A stretch of DNA of 64,000 nt from the human T2T-CHM13v2.0 reference genome, Homo sapiens, in NCBI RefSeq assembly GCF_009914755.1, contig NC_060929.1. The stretch is one strand, 5' to 3'. The notes beneath the pieces are model-generated. The model saw only the letters and a list, made by a program, of their open reading frames with translations. It had not been told where the DNA came from and searched no databases. Shown here piece after piece: positions 38,710-53,600 of this stretch. Numbering within the stretch: the first letter of the stretch is position 1; each line of letters opens with the position of its first letter. The translations under genes were made by a program, and so were the position numbers.

Positions 38710-41700
38710 AGAGCAGTTAGGAAACACTCTGTTTGTAAATCTGCAAGTGGATATTCAGACCTCTTTGAGGCCTTCGTTGGAAACGGGTTTTTTTCATATA
38801 AGGCTAGACAGAAGAATTCCCAGTAACTTCCTTGTGTTGTGTGTGTTCAACTCACAGAGTTGAACTTTCATTTACACAGAGCAGATTTGAAACACTCTTT
38901 TTGTGGAATTTGCAAGTGGAGATTTCAAGCGCTTTGAGGCTAAAGGCAGAAAAGGAAATATCTTCGTATAAAAACTAGGCAGAATCATTCTCAGAAACTG
39001 CTCTGCGATGTGTGCGTTCAACTCTCAGAGTTTAACTTTTCTTTTCATTCAGCAGTTTGGAAACACACTGTTTGTAAAGTCTGCACGTGGATATTTTGAC
39101 CACTTAGAGGCCTTCGTTGGAAACGGGTTTTTTTCCTGTAAGGCTAGACAGAAGAATTCCCAGTAACTTCCTTGTGTTGTGTACATTCAACTCACAGAGT
39201 TGAACGTTCCCTTAGACAGAGCAGATTTGAAAAACTCTTTTTGTGCAATTGGCAAGTGGAGATTTCAAGCGCTTTAAGGTCAATGGCAGAAAAGGAAATA
39301 TCTTCGTTTCAAAACTAGACAGAATCATTCCCACAAACTGCGTTGTGATGTGTTCGTTCAACTCACAGAGTTTAACCTTTCTTTTCATAGAGCAGTTAGG
39401 AACCAGTCTGTTTGTAAATTCTGTAAGTGGATATTCTGACATCTTGTGACCTTCGTTGGAAACGGGATTTCTTCATATTCTGCTAGACAGAAGAATTCTC
39501 AGAATCTTCCTTGTGTTGTGTGTATTCAACTCACAGAGTTGAACGATGGTTTACACAGAGCAGATTTGAAACACTCTTTTTGTGGAATTTGCAAGTGGAG
39601 ATTTCAGCCGCTTTGAGGTCAATGGTAGAAAAGGTAATATCTTCGTATAAAAACTAGACAGAATGATTCTCAGAAACTTCTTTGTCATGTGTGCGTTCAA
39701 CTCACAGAGTTTAACCTTTCTTTTCATAGAGCAGTTAGGAAACACTCTGTTTGTAAACTCTGCAAGTGGATATTCAGACCTCTTTGAGGCCTTCGTTGGA
39801 AACGGGATTTCTTCATACTGTGCTAGACAGAAGAATTCTCAGTAACTTCCTTGTGTTGTGTGTATTCAACTCACAGAGTTGAACGATCCTTTACACAGAG
39901 CAGACTTGAAACACTCTTTTTGTGGAATTTGCAAGTGGAGATTTGAGCCGCGTTGAGGTCAATGGTAGAAAAGGAAATATCTTCGTATAAAAACTAGACA
40001 GAATGATTCTCAGAAACTTCTTTGTGATGTGTGTGTTCAACTCACAGAGTTTAACCTTTCTTTTCATAGAGCAGTTAGGAAACACTCTGTTTGTAAAGTC
40101 TGCAAGTGGATATTCAGACCTCTTTGAGGCCTTCGTTGGAAACGGGTTTTTTTCATATAAGGCTAGACAGAAGAATTCCCAGTAACTTCCTTTTGTTGTG
40201 TGTGTTCAAGTCACAGAGATGAACTCTCATTTACACAGAGCAGATTTGAAACTCTCTTTTTGTGGAATTTGCAAATGGAGATTTCAAGCGCTTTGAGGCC
40301 AAAGGCAGAAAAGGAAATATCTTCCTATAAAAACTAGACAGAATCATTCTCAGAAACTGCTCTGCGATGTGTGCGTTCAACTCTCAGAGTTTAACTTTTC
40401 TTTTCATTCAGCAGTTTGGAAACACTCTGTTTGTAAAGTCTGCACGTGCATAATTTGACCACTTAGAGGCCTTCGTTGGAAACAGGTTTTTTTCATGTAA
40501 GGCTAGACAGAAGAATTCTCAGTAACTTCCTTGTGTTGTGTGTATTCAACTCACACAGTTGAACGATCCTTTACACAGAGCAGACTTGTAACACTCTTTT
40601 TGTGGAATTTGCAAGTGGAGATTTCAGCCGCTTTGAAGTCAAAGGTAGAAAAGGAAATATCTTCCTATAAAAACAAGACAGAATCATTCTCAGAAACTGC
40701 TCTGCGATGTGTGCGTTCAACTCTCAGAGTTTAACTTTTCTTTTCATTCAGCAGTTTGGAAACACTCTGTTTGTAAAGTCTGCACGTGGATATTTTGACC
40801 ACTTAGAGGCCTTCGTTGGAAACGGGTTTTTTTCCTGTAAGGCTAGACAGAAGAATTCCCAGTAACTTCCTTGTGTTGTGTACATTCAACTCACAGAGTT
40901 GAACGTTTCCTTAGACAGAGCAGATTTGAAACACTCTTTTTGTGCAATTGGCAAGTGGAGATTTCAAGCGCTTTGAGGTCAATGGCAGAAAAGGAAATAT
41001 CTTCGTTTCAAAACTAGACAAAATCATTCCCACAAACTGCGTTGTGATGTGTTCGTTCAACTCACAGAGTTTAACCTTTCTTTTCATAGAACAGTTAGGA
41101 AACAGTCTGTTTGTAAATTCTGTAAGTGGATATTCTGATATCTTTTGGCCTTCGTTGGAAACGGGATTTCTTCATATTCTGCTAGACAGAAAAATTCTCA
41201 GAATCTTCCTTGTGTTGTGTGTATTCAACTCACAGAGTTGAACGATCCTTTACACAGAGCAGATTTGAAACACTCTTTTTGTGGAATTTGCAAGTGGAGA
41301 TTTCAAGCGCTTTGAGGCTAAAGGCAGAAAAGGAAATATCTTCGTATAACAACTAGACAGAATCATTCTCAGAAACTGCTCTGCGATGTGTGCGTTCAAC
41401 TCTCAGAGTTTAACTTTTCTTTTCATTCAGCAGTTTGGAAACACTCTGTTTGTAAAGTCTGCACGTGGATAATTTGACCACTTAGAGGCCTTCGTTGGAA
41501 ACGGGTTTTTTTCATGTAAGGCTAGACAGAAGAATTCTCAGTAACTTCCTTGTGTTGTGTGTATTCAACTCACAGAGTTGAACGATCCTTTACACAGAGC
41601 AGACTTGTAACACACTTTTTGTGGAATTTGCAAGTGGAGATTTCAGCCGCTTTGAAGTCAAAGGTAGAAAAGGAAATATCTTCCTATAAAAACTAGACAG

Positions 41701-43829
41701 AATGATTCTCAGAAACTCCTTTGTAATGTGTGCGTTCAACTCACAGAGTTTAACGTTTCTTTTCATAGAGCAGTTAGGAAACACTCTGTTTGTAAAGTCT
41801 GCAAGTGGATATTCAGACCTCTTTGAGGCCTTCGTTGGAAACGGGTTTTTTTCATATAAGGCTAGACAGAAGAATTCCCAGTAACTTCCTTGTGTTGTGT
41901 GTGTTCAACTCACAGAGTTGAACTGTCATTTACACAGAGCAGATTTGAAACACTCTTTTTGTGGAATTTGCAAGTGGAGATTTCAAGCGCTTTGAGGCTA
42001 AAGGCAGAAAAGGAAATATCTTCGTATAAAAACTAGACAGAATCATTCTCAGAAACTGCTCTGCGATGTGTGCGTTCAACTCTCAGAGTTTAACTTTTCT
42101 TTTCATTCAGCAGTTTGGAAACACTCTGTTTTTAAAGTCTGCACGTGGATATTTTGACCACTTAGAGGCCTTCGTTGGAAACGGGTTTTTTTCCTGTAAG
42201 GCTAGACAGAAGAATTCCCAGTAACTTCCTTGTGTTGTGTACATTCAACTCACAGAGTTGAACGTTCCCTTAAACAGAGCAGATTTGAAACACTCTTTTT
42301 GTGCAATTGGCAAGTGGAGATTTCAAGCGCTTTGAGGTCAATGGCAGAAAAGGAAATATCTTCGTTTCAAAACTAGACAGAATCATTCCCACAAACTGCG
42401 TTGTGATGTGTTCGTTCAACTCACAGAGTTTAACCTTTCTTTTCATAGAGCAGTTAGGAAACAGTCTGTTTGTAAATTCTGTAAATGGATATTCTGACAT
42501 CTTGTGGCCTTCGTTGGAAACTGGATTTCTTCATACTATGCTAGACAGAAGAATTCTCAGTAACTTCCTTGTGTTGTGTGTATTCAACACACAGAGTTGA
42601 ACGATCCTTTACACAGAGCAGACTTGAAACACTCTTTTTGTGGAATTTGCAAGTGGAGATTTCAGCCGCTTTGAGGTCAATGGTAGAAAAGGAAGTATCT
42701 TCGTATAAAAACCAGACAGAATGATTCTCAGAAACTCCTTTGTGATGTGTGTGTTCAACTCACAGAGTTTAACCTTTCTTTTCATAGAGCAGTTAGGAAA
42801 CACTCTGTTTGTAAAGTCTGCAAGTGGATATTGAGACCTCTTTGAGGCCTTCGTTGGAAACGGGTTTTTTTCATATAAGGCTAGACAGAAGAATTCCCAG
42901 TAACTTCCTTGTGTTGTGTGTGTTCAACTCACAGAGTTGAACTTTCATTTACACAGAGCAGATTTGAAACACTCTTTTTGTGGAATTTGCAAGTGGAGAT
43001 TTCAAGCGCTTTGAGGCCAAAGGCAGAAAAGGATATATCTTCGTATAAAAACTAGACAGAATCATTCTCAGAAAATGCTCTGCGATGTGTGCGTTCAACT
43101 CTCAGAGTTTAACTTTTCTTTTCATTCAGCAGTTTGGAAACACTCTGTTTGTAAAGTCTGCACGTGGATAATTTGATCACTTAGAGGCCTTCGTTGGAAA
43201 CGGCTTTTTTTCATGTAAGGCTAGACAGAAGAATTCTCAGTAACTTCCTTGTGTTGTGTGTATTCAACTCACAGAGTTGAACGATCCTTTACACAGAGCA
43301 GACTTGTAACACTCTTTTTGTGGAATTTGCAAGTGGAGATTTCAGCCGCTTTGAAGTCAAAGGTAGAAAAGGAAATATCTTCCTATAAAAAATAGACAGA
43401 ATGATTCTCAGAAACTCCTTTGTGATGTGTGCGTTCAACTCACAGAGTTTAACCTTTCTTTTCATAGAGCAGTTAGGAAACACTCTCCTTGTAAAGTCTG
43501 CAAGTGGATATTCAGCCCTCTTTGAGGCCTTCGTTGGAAACGGGTTTTTTTCATATAAGGCTAGACAGAAGAATTCCCAGTAACTTCCTTGTGTTGTGTA
43601 CATTCAACTCACAGAGTTGAACGTTCCCTTAGACAGAGCAGATTTGAAACACTCTTTTTGTGCAATTGGCAAGTGGAGATTTCAAGCGCTTTAAGGTCAA
43701 TGGCAGAAAAGGAAATATCTTCGTTTCAAAACTAGACAGAATCATTCCCACAAACTGCGTTGTGATGTGTTCGTTCAACTTACAGAGTTTAACCTTTCTT
43801 TTCATAGAGCAGTTAGGAAACAGTCTGTT

Positions 43830-46800
43830 TGAAAATTCTGTAAGTGGATATTCTGACATCTTGTGGCCTTCGTTGGAAACGGGATTTCTTCATATTCTGC
43901 TAGACAGAAGAATTCTCAGAATCTTCCTTGTGTTGTGTGTATTCAACTCACACGGTTGAACGATCCTTTACACAGAGCAGATTTGAAACACTCATTTGGT
44001 GGAATTTGCAAGTGGAGATTTCAGCCGCTTTGAGGTCAATGGTAGAAAAGGAAATATCTTCGTATAACAACTAGACAGAATGATTCTCAGAAACTTCTTT
44101 GTGATGTGTGCGTTCAACTCACAGTGTTTAACCTTTCTTTTCATAGAGCAGTTAGGAAACACTCTGTTTGTAAACTCTGCAAGTGGATATTCAGACCTCT
44201 TTGAGGCCTTCGTTGGAAACGGGATTTCTTCATACTGTGCTAGACAGAAGAATTCTCAGTAACTTCCTTGTGTTGTGTGTATTCAACTCACGGAGTTGAA
44301 CGATCGTTTACACAGAGCAGACTTGAAACACTCTTTTTGTGGAATTTGCAAGTGGAGATTTCAGCCGCGTTGAGGTCAATGGTAGAAAAGGAAATATCTT
44401 CGTATAAAAACTAGACAGAATGATTCTCAGAAACTCCTTTGTGATGTGTGTGTTCAACTCACAGAGTTTAACCTTTCTTTTCATAGAGCAGTTAGGAATC
44501 ACTCTGTTTGTAAAGTCTGCAAGTGGATATTCAGACCTCTTTGAGGCCTTCGTTGGAAACGGGTTTTTTTCATATAAGGCTAGACAGAAGAATTCCCAGT
44601 AACTTCCTTGTGTTGTGTGTGTTCAACTCACAGAGTTGAACTTTCATTTACACAGAGCAGATTTGAAACTCTCTTTTTGTGGAATTTGCAATTGGAGATT
44701 TCAAGCGCTTTGAGGCCAAAGGCAGAAAAGGAAATATCTTCGTATAAAAACTAGACAGAATCATTCTCAGAAACTGCTCTGCGATGTGTGCGTTCAACTC
44801 TCAGAGTTTAACTTTGCTTTTCATTCAGCAGTTTGGAAACACTCTGTTTGTAAAGTCTGCACGTGGATAATTTGACCACTTAGAGGCCTTCGTTGGAAAC
44901 GGGTTTTTTTCATGTAAGGCTAGACAGAAGAATTCTCAGTAACTTCCTTGTGTTGTGTGTATTCAACTCACACAGTTGAACGATCCTTTACACAGAGCAG
45001 ACTTGTAACACTCTTTTTGTGGAATTTGCAAGTGGAGATTTCAGCCGCTTTGAAGTCAAAGGTAGAAAAGGAAATATCTTCCTATAAAAACTAGACAGAA
45101 TGATTCTCAGAAACTCCTTTGTGATGTGTGCGTTCAACTCACAGAGTTTAACCTTTCTTTTCATAGAGCAGTTAGGAAACACTCTGTTTGTAAAGTCTCC
45201 AAGTGGATATTCAGACCTCTTTGAGGCCTTCGTTGGAAACGGGTTTTTTTCATATAAGGCTAGACAGAAGAATTCCCAGTAACTTCCTTCTGTTGTGTGT
45301 GTTCAACTCACAGAGTTGAACTTTGATTTACACAGAGCAGATTTGAAACACTCTTTTTGTGGAATTTGCAAGTGGAGATTTCAAGCGCTTTGAGGCCAAA
45401 GGCAGAAAAGGAAATATCTTCGTATAAAAACTAGACAGAATCATTCTCAGAAACTGCTCTGCGATGTGTGCGTTCAACTCTCAGAGTTTAACTTTTCTTT
45501 TCATTCAGCAGTTTGGAAACACTCTGTTTGTAAAGTCTGCACGTGGATAATTTGACCACTTAGAGGCCTTCGTTGGAAACGGGTTTTTTTCATGTAAGGC
45601 TAGACAGAAGAATTCTCAGTAACTTCCTTGTGTTGTGTGTATTCAACTCACAGAGTTGAACGATCCTTTACACAGAGCAGACTTGTAACACTCTTTTTGT
45701 GGAATTTGCAAGTGGAGATTTCAGCCGCTTTGAAGTCAAAGGTAGAAAAGGAAATATCTTCCTATAAAAACTAGACAGAATGATTCTCAGAAACTCCTTT
45801 GTGATGTGTGTGTTCAACTCACAGAGTTTAACCTTTCTTTTCATAGAGCAGTTAGGAATCACTCTGTTTGTAAAGTCTGCAAGTGGATATTCAGACCTCT
45901 TTGAGGCCTTCGTTGGAAACGGGTTTTTTTCATATAAGGCTAGACAGAAGAATTCCCAGTAACTTCCTTGTGTTGTGTGTGTTCAACTCACAGAGTTGAA
46001 CTTTCATTTACACAGAGCAGATTTGAAACACTCTTTTTGTGGAATTTGCAAATGGAGATTTCAAGCGCTTTGAGGCCAAAGGCAGAAAAGGAAATATCTT
46101 CGTATAAAAACTAGACAGAATCATTCTCAGAAACTGCTCTGCGATGTGTGCGTTCAACTCTCAGAGTTTAACTTTGCTTTTCATTCAGCAGTTTGGAAAC
46201 ACTCTGTTTGTAAAGTCTGCACGTGGATAATTTGACCACTTAGAGGCCTTCGTTGGAAACGGGTTTTTTTCATGTAAGGCTAGACAGAAGAATTCTCAGT
46301 AACTTCCTTGTGTTGTGTGTATTCAACTCACAGAGTTGAACGATCCTTTACACAGAGCAGACTTGTAACACTCTTTTTGTGGAATTTGCAAGTGGAGATT
46401 TCAGCCGCTTTGAAGTCAAAGGTAGAAAAGGAAATATCTTCCTATAAAAACTAGACAGAATGATTCTCAGAAACTCCTTTGTGATGTGTGTATTCAACTC
46501 ACAGAGTTTAACCTTTCTTTTCATAGAGCAGTTAGGAAACACTCTGCTTGTAAAGTCTGCAAGTGGATATTCAGCCCTCTTTGAGGCCTTCGTTGGAAAC
46601 GGGTTTTTTTCATATAAGGCTAGACAGAAGAATTCCCAGTAACTTCCTTGTGTTGTGTGTGTTCTACTCACAGAGTTGAACTTTGATTTACACAGAGCAG
46701 ATTTGAAACACTCTTTTTGTGGAATTTGCAAGTGGAGATTTCAAGCGCTTTGAGGCCAAAGGCAGAAAAGGAAATATCTTCGTATAAAAACTAGACAGAA

Positions 46801-47600
46801 TCATTCTCAGAAACTGCTCTGCGATGTGTGCGTTCAACTCTCAGAGTTTAACTTTTCTTTTCATTCAGCAGTTTGGAAACACTCTGTTTGTAAAGTCTGC
46901 ACGTGGATATTTTGACCACTTAGAGGCCTTCGTTGGAAACGGGTTTTTTTCCTGTAAGGCTAGACAGAAGAATTCCCAGTAACTTCCTTGTGTTGTGTAC
47001 ATTCAACTCACAGAGTTGAACGTTCCCTTAGACAGAGCAGATTTGAAACACTCTTTTTGTGCAATTGGCAAGTGGAGATTTCAAGCGCTTTAAGGTCAAT
47101 GGCAGAAAAGGAAATATCTTCGTTTCAAAACTAGACAGAATCATTCCCACAAACTGCGTTGTGATGTGTTCGTTCATCTCACAGAGTTTAACCTTTCTTT
47201 TCGTAGAGCAGTTAGGAAACAGTCTGTTTGTAAATTCTGTAAGTGGATATTCTGACATCTTGTGGCCTTCGTTGGAAACGGGATTTCTTCATATTCTGCT
47301 AGACAGAAGAATTCTCAGAATCTTCCTTGTGTTGTGTGTATTCAACTCACACAGTTGAACGATTGTTTACACAGAGCAGATTTGAAACACTCTTTTTGTG
47401 GAATTTGCAAGTGGAGATTTCAGCCGCTTTGAGGTCAATGGTAGAAAAGGAAATATCTTCGTATAAAAACTAGACAGAATGATTCTCAGAAACTTCTTTG
47501 TGATGTGTGCGTTCAACTCACAGAGTTTAACCTTTCTTTTCATAGAGCAGTTAGGAAACACTCTGTTTGTAAACTCTGCAAGTGGATATTTAGACCTCTT
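43830..47600 (+). repeat. Block containing a 20-mer HOR variant, copied at ~56400-60170 (offset 12,574 bp)
   Basis: Shared ordered rare variants: CTCATTTGGT, CGATCGTTTA, GTCTCCAAG, GTTCTAC, TTCATCTCAC, TCGTAGAGC, GATTGTTTAC and GATATTTAGACC. ORF starts 44308/56882 and 47028/59602 differ by 12,574. Confidence 0.85.
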
Positions 47601-50600
47601 TGAGGCCTTCGTTGGAAACGGGATTTTTTCATACTGTACTAGACAGAAGAATTCTCAGTAACTTCCTTGTGTTGTGTGTATTCAACTCACAGAGTTGAAC
47701 GATCCTTTACACAGAGCAGACTTGAAACACTCTTTTTGTGGAATTTGCAAGTGGAGATTTCAGCCGCGTTGAGGTCAATGGTAGAAAAGGAAATATCTTC
47801 GTATAAAAACTAGACAGAATGATTCTCAGAAACTCCTTTGTGATGTGTGTGTTCAACTCACAGAGTTTAACCTTTCTTTTCATAGAGCAGTTAGGAATCA
47901 CTCTGTTTGTAAAGTCTGCAAGTGGATATTCAGACCTCTTTGAGGCCTTCGTTGGAAACGGGTTTTTTTCATATAAGGCTAGACAGAAGAATTCCCAGTA
48001 ACTTCCTTGTGTTGTGTTTGTTCAACTCACAGAGTTGAACTTTCATTTACACAGAGCAGATTTGAAACACTCTTTTTGTGGAATTTGCAAATGGAGATTT
48101 CAAGCGCTTTGAGGCCAAAGGCAGAAAAGGAAATATCTTCGTATAAAAACTAGACAGAATCATTCTCAGAAACTGCTCTGCGATGTGTGCGTTCAACTCT
48201 CAGAGTTTAACTTTGCTTTTCATTCAGCAGTTTGGAAACACTCTGTTTGTAAAGTCTGCACGTGGATAATTTGACCACTTAGAGGCCTTCGTTGGAAACG
48301 GGTTTTTTTCATGTAAGGCTAGACAGAAGAATTCTCAGTAACTTCCTTGTGTTGTGTGTATTCAACTCACACAGTTGAACGATCCTTTACACAGAGCAGA
48401 CTTGTAACACTCTTTTTGTGGAATTTGCAAGTGGAGATTTCAGCCGCTTTGAAGTCAAAGGTAGAAAAGGAAATATCTTCCTATAAAAACTAGACAGAAT
48501 GATTGTCAGAAACTCCTTTGTGATGTGTGTATTCAACTCACAGAGTTTAACCTTTCTTTTCATAGAGCAGTTAGGAAACACTCTGCTTGTAAAGTCTGCA
48601 AGTGGATATTCAGCCCTCTTTGAGGCCTTCGTTGGAAACGGGTTTTTTTCATATAAGGCTAGACAGAAGAATTCCCAGTAACTTCCTTGTGTTGTGTGTG
48701 TTCTACTCACAGAGTTGAACTTTGATTTACACAGAGCAGATTTGAAACACTCTTTTTGTGGAATTTGCAAGTGGAGATTTCAAGCGCTTTGAGGCCAAAG
48801 GCAGAAAAGGAAATATCTTCGTATAAAAACTAGACAGAATCATTCTCAGAAACTGCTCTGCGATGTGTGCGTTCAACTCTCAAAGTTTAACTTTTCTTTT
48901 CATTCAGCAGTTTGGAAACACTCTGTTTGTAAAGTGTGCACGTGGATATTTTGACCACTTAGAGGCCTTCGTTGGAAACGGGTTTTTTTCCTGTAAGGCT
49001 AGACAGAAGAATTACCAGTAACTTCCTTGTGTTGTGTACATTCAACTCACAGAGTTGAACGTTCCCTTAGACAGAGCAGATTTGAAACACTCTTTTTGTG
49101 CAATTGGCAAGTGGAGATTTCAAGCGCTTTAAGGTCAATGGCAGAAAAGGAAATATCTTCGTTTCAAAACTAGACAGAATCATTCCCACAAACTGCGTTG
49201 TGATGTGTTCGTTCATCTCACAGAGTTTAACCTTTCTTTTCGTAGAGCAGTTAGGAAACAGTCTGTTTGTAAATTCTGTAAGTGGATATTCTGACATCTT
49301 GTGGCCTTCGTTGGAAACGGGATTTCTTCATATTCTGCTAGACAGAAGAATTCTCAGAATCTTCCTTGTGTTGTGTGTATTCAACTCACACAGTTGAACG
49401 ATTGTTTACACAGAGCAGATTTGAAACACTCTTTTTGTGGAATTTGCAAGTGGAGATTTCAGCCGCTTTGAGGTCAATGGTAGAAAAGGAAATATCTTCG
49501 TATAAAAACTAGACAGAATGATTCTCAGAAACTTCTTTGTGATGTGTGCGTTCAACTCACAGAGTTTAACCTTTCTGTTCATAGAGCAGTTAGGAAACAC
49601 TCTGTTTGTAAACTCTGCAAGTGGATATTCAGACCTATTTGAGGCCTTCGTTGGAAACGGGATTTCTTCATACTGTGCTAGACAGAAGAATTCTCACTAA
49701 CTTCCTTGTGTTGTGTGTATTCAACTCACAGAGTTGAACGATCCTTTACACAGAGCAGACTTGAAACGCTCTTTTTGTGGAATTTGCAAGTGGAGATTTC
49801 AGCCGCGTTGAGGTCAATGGTAGAAAAGGCAATATCTTCGTATAAAAACTAGACAGAATGATTCTCAGAAACTCCTTTGTGATGTGTGTGTTCAACTCAC
49901 AGAGTTTAACCTTTCTTTTCATAGAGCAGTTAGGAATCACTCTGTTTGTAAAGTCTGCAAGTGGATATTCAGACCTCTTTGAGGCCTTCATTGGAAACGG
50001 GTTTTTTTCATATAAGGCTAGACAGAAGAATTCCCAGTAACTTCCTTGTGTTGTGTGTGTTCAACTCACAGAGTTGAACTTTCATTTACACAGAGCAGAT
50101 TTGAAACACTCTTTTTGTGGAATTTGCAAATGGAGATTTCAAGCGCTTTGAGGCCAAAGGCAGAAAAGGAAATATCTTCGTATAAAAACTAGACAGAATC
50201 ATTCTCAGAAACTGCTCTGCGATTTGTGCGTTCAACTCTCAGAGTTTAACTTTCCTTTTCATTCAGCAGTTTGGAAACACTCTGTTTGTAAAGTCTGCAC
50301 GTGGATAATTTGACCACTTAGAGGCCTTCGTTGGAAACGGGTTTTTTTCATGTAAGGCTAGACAGAAGAATTCTCAGTAACTTCCTTGTGTTGTGTGTAT
50401 TCAACTCACACAGTTGAACGATCCTTTACACAGAGCACACTTGTAACACTCTTTTTGTGGAGTTTGCAAGTGGAGATTTCAGCCGCTTTGAAGTCAAAGG
50501 TAGAAAAGGAAATATCTTCCTATAAAAACTAGACAGAATGATTCTCAGAAACTCCTTTGTGATGTGTGCGTTCAACTCACAGAGTTTAACCTTTCTTTTC

Positions 50601-53600
50601 ATAGAGCAGTTAGGAAACACTCTGTTTGTAAAGTCTGCAAGTGGATATTCAGACCTCTTTGAGGCCTTCGTTGGAAACGGGTTTTTTTCATATAAGGCTA
50701 GACAGAAGAATTCCCAGTAACTTCCTTGTGTTGTGTGTGTTCAACTCACAGAGTTGAACTTTCATTTACACAGAGCAGATTTGAAACACTCTTTTTGTGG
50801 AATTTGCAATTGGAGATTTCAAGCGCTTTGAGGCCAAAGGCAGAAAAGGAAATATCTTCGTATAAAAACTAGACAGAATCATTCTCAGAAACTGCTCTGT
50901 GATGTGTGCGTTCAACTCTCAGAGTTTAACTTTTCTTTTCATTCAGCAGTTTGGAAACACTCTGTTTGTAAAGTCTGCACGTGGATAATTTGATCACTTA
51001 GAGGCCTTCGTTGGAAACGGGTTTTTTTCATGTAAGGCTAGACAGAAGAATTCTCAGTAACTTCCTTGTGTTGTGTGTATTCAACTCACACAGTTGAACG
51101 ATCCTTTACACAGAGCAGACTTGTAACACTCTTTTTGTGGGATTTGCAAGTGGAGATTTCAGCCGCTTTGAAGTCAAAGGTAGAAAAGGAAATATCTTCC
51201 TATAAAAACTAGACAGAATGATTCTCAGAAACTCCTTTGTGATGTGAGCTTTCAACTCACAGAGTTTAACCTTTCTTTTCATAGAGCAGTTAGGAAACAC
51301 TCTGCTTGTAAAGTCTGCAAGTGGATATTCAGCCCTCTTTGAGGCCTTCGTTGGAAACGGGTTTTTTTCATATAGGGCTAGACAGAAGAATTCCCAGTAA
51401 CTTCCTTGTGTTGTGTGTGTTCAACTCACAGAGTTGAACTTTGATTTACACAGAGCAGATTTGAAACACTCTTTTTGTGGAATTTGCAAGTGGAGATTTC
51501 AAGCGCTTTGAGGCCAAAGGCAGAAAAGGAAATATCTTCGTATAAAAACTAGACAGAATCATTCTCAGAAACTGCTCTGCGATGTGTGCGTTCAACTCTC
51601 AGAGTTTAACTTTTCTTTTCATTCAGCAGTTTGGAAACACTCTGTTTGTAAAGTCTGCACGTGGATATTTTGACCACTTAGAGGCCTTCGTTGGAAACGG
51701 GTTTTTTCCTGTAAGGCTAGACAGAAGAATTCCCAGTAACTTCCTTGTGTTGTGTACATTCAACTCACAGAGTTGAACGTTCCCTTAGACAGAGCAGATT
51801 TGAAACACTCTTTTTGTGTAATTGGCAAGTGGAGATTTCAAGCGCTTTAAGGTCAATGGCAGAAAAGGAAATATCTTCGTTTCAAAACTAGACAGAATCA
51901 TTCCCACAAACTGCGTTGTGATGTGTTCGTTCATCTCACAGAGTTTAACCTTTCTTTTCATAGAGCAGTTAGGAAACAGTCTGTTTGTAAATTCTGTAAG
52001 TGGATATTCTGACATCTTGTGGCCTTCGTTGGAAACGGGATTTCTTCATATTCTGCTAGACAGAAGAATTCTCAGAATCTTCCTTGTGTTGTGTGTATTC
52101 AACTCACACAGTTGAACGATGGTTTACACAGAGCAGATTTGAAACACTCTTTTTGTGGAATTTGCAAGTGGAGATTTCAGCCGCTTTGAGGTCAATGGTA
52201 GAAAAGGAAATATCTTCGTATAAAAACTAGACAGAATGATTCTCAGAAACTTCTTTGTGATGTGCGCGTTCAACTCACAGAGTTTAACCTTTCTTTTCAT
52301 AGAGCAGTTAGGAAACACTCTGTTTGTAAACTCTGCAAGTGGATATTCAGACCTCTTTGAGGCCTTCGTTGGAAACGGGATTTCTTCATATTATGCTAGA
52401 CAGAAGAATTCTCAGTAACTTCCTTGTGTTGTGTGTATTCAACTCACAGAGTTGAACGATCCTTTACACAGAGCAGACTTGAAACACTCTTTTTGTGGAA
52501 TTTGCAAGTGGAGATTTCAGCCGCGTTGAGGTCAATGGTAGAAAAGGAAATATCTTCGTATAAAAACTAGACAGAATGATTCTCAGAAACTCCTTTGTGA
52601 TGTGTGTGTTCAACTCACAGAGTTTAACCTTTCTTTTCATAGAGCAGTTAGGAATCACTCTGTTTGTAAAGTCTGCAAGTGGATATTCAGACCTCTTTGA
52701 GGCCTTCGTTGGAAACGGGTTTTTTTCATATAAGGCTAGACAGAAGAATTCCCAGTAACTTCCTTGTGTTGTGTGTGTTCAACTCACAGAGTTGAACTTT
52801 CATTTACACAGAGCAGATTTGAAACACTCTTTTTGTGGAATTTGCAAATGGAGATTTCAAGCGCTTTGAGGCCAAAGGCAGAAAAGGAAATATCTTCGTA
52901 TAAAAACTAGACAGAATCATTCTCAGAAACTGCTCTGCGATGTGTGCGTTCAACTCTCAGAGTTTAACTTTGCTTTTCATTCAGCAGTTTGGAAACACTC
53001 TGTTTGTAAAGTCTGCACGTGGATAATTTGACCACTTAGAGGCCTTCGTTGGAAACGGGTTTTTTTCATGTAAGGCTAGACAGAAGAATTCTCAGTAACT
53101 TCCTTGTGTTGTGTGTATTCAACTCACACAGTTGAACGATCCTTTACACAGAGCAGACTTGTAACACTCTTTTTGTGGAGTTTGCAAGTGGAGATTTCAG
53201 CCGCTTTGAAGTCAAAGGTAGAAAAGGAAATATCTTCCTATAAAAACTAGACAGAATGATTCTCAGAAACTCCTTTGTGATGTGTGCGTTCAACTCACAG
53301 AGTTTAACCTTTCTTTTCATAGAGCAGTTAGGAAACACTCTGTTTGTAAAGTCTGCAAGTGGATATTCAGACCTCTTTGAGGCCTTCGTTGGAAACGGGT
53401 TTTTTTCATATAAGGCTAGACAGAAGAATTCCCAGTAACTTCCTTGTGTTGTGTGTGTTCAACTCACAGAGTTGAACTTTCATTTACACAGAGCAGATTT
53501 GAAACACTCTTTTTGTGGAATTTGCAATTGGAGATTTCAAGCGCTTTGAGGCCAAAGGCAGAAAAGGAAATATCTTCGTATAAAAACTAGACAGAATCAT

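Noticed and set aside
35121-41000. 1.7-kb 10-mer units suggesting D16Z2
   Set aside because: 10-mers are a minority, arise here through hybrids or skips, and do not form a regular 1.7-kb array. Not formally excluded without alignment.
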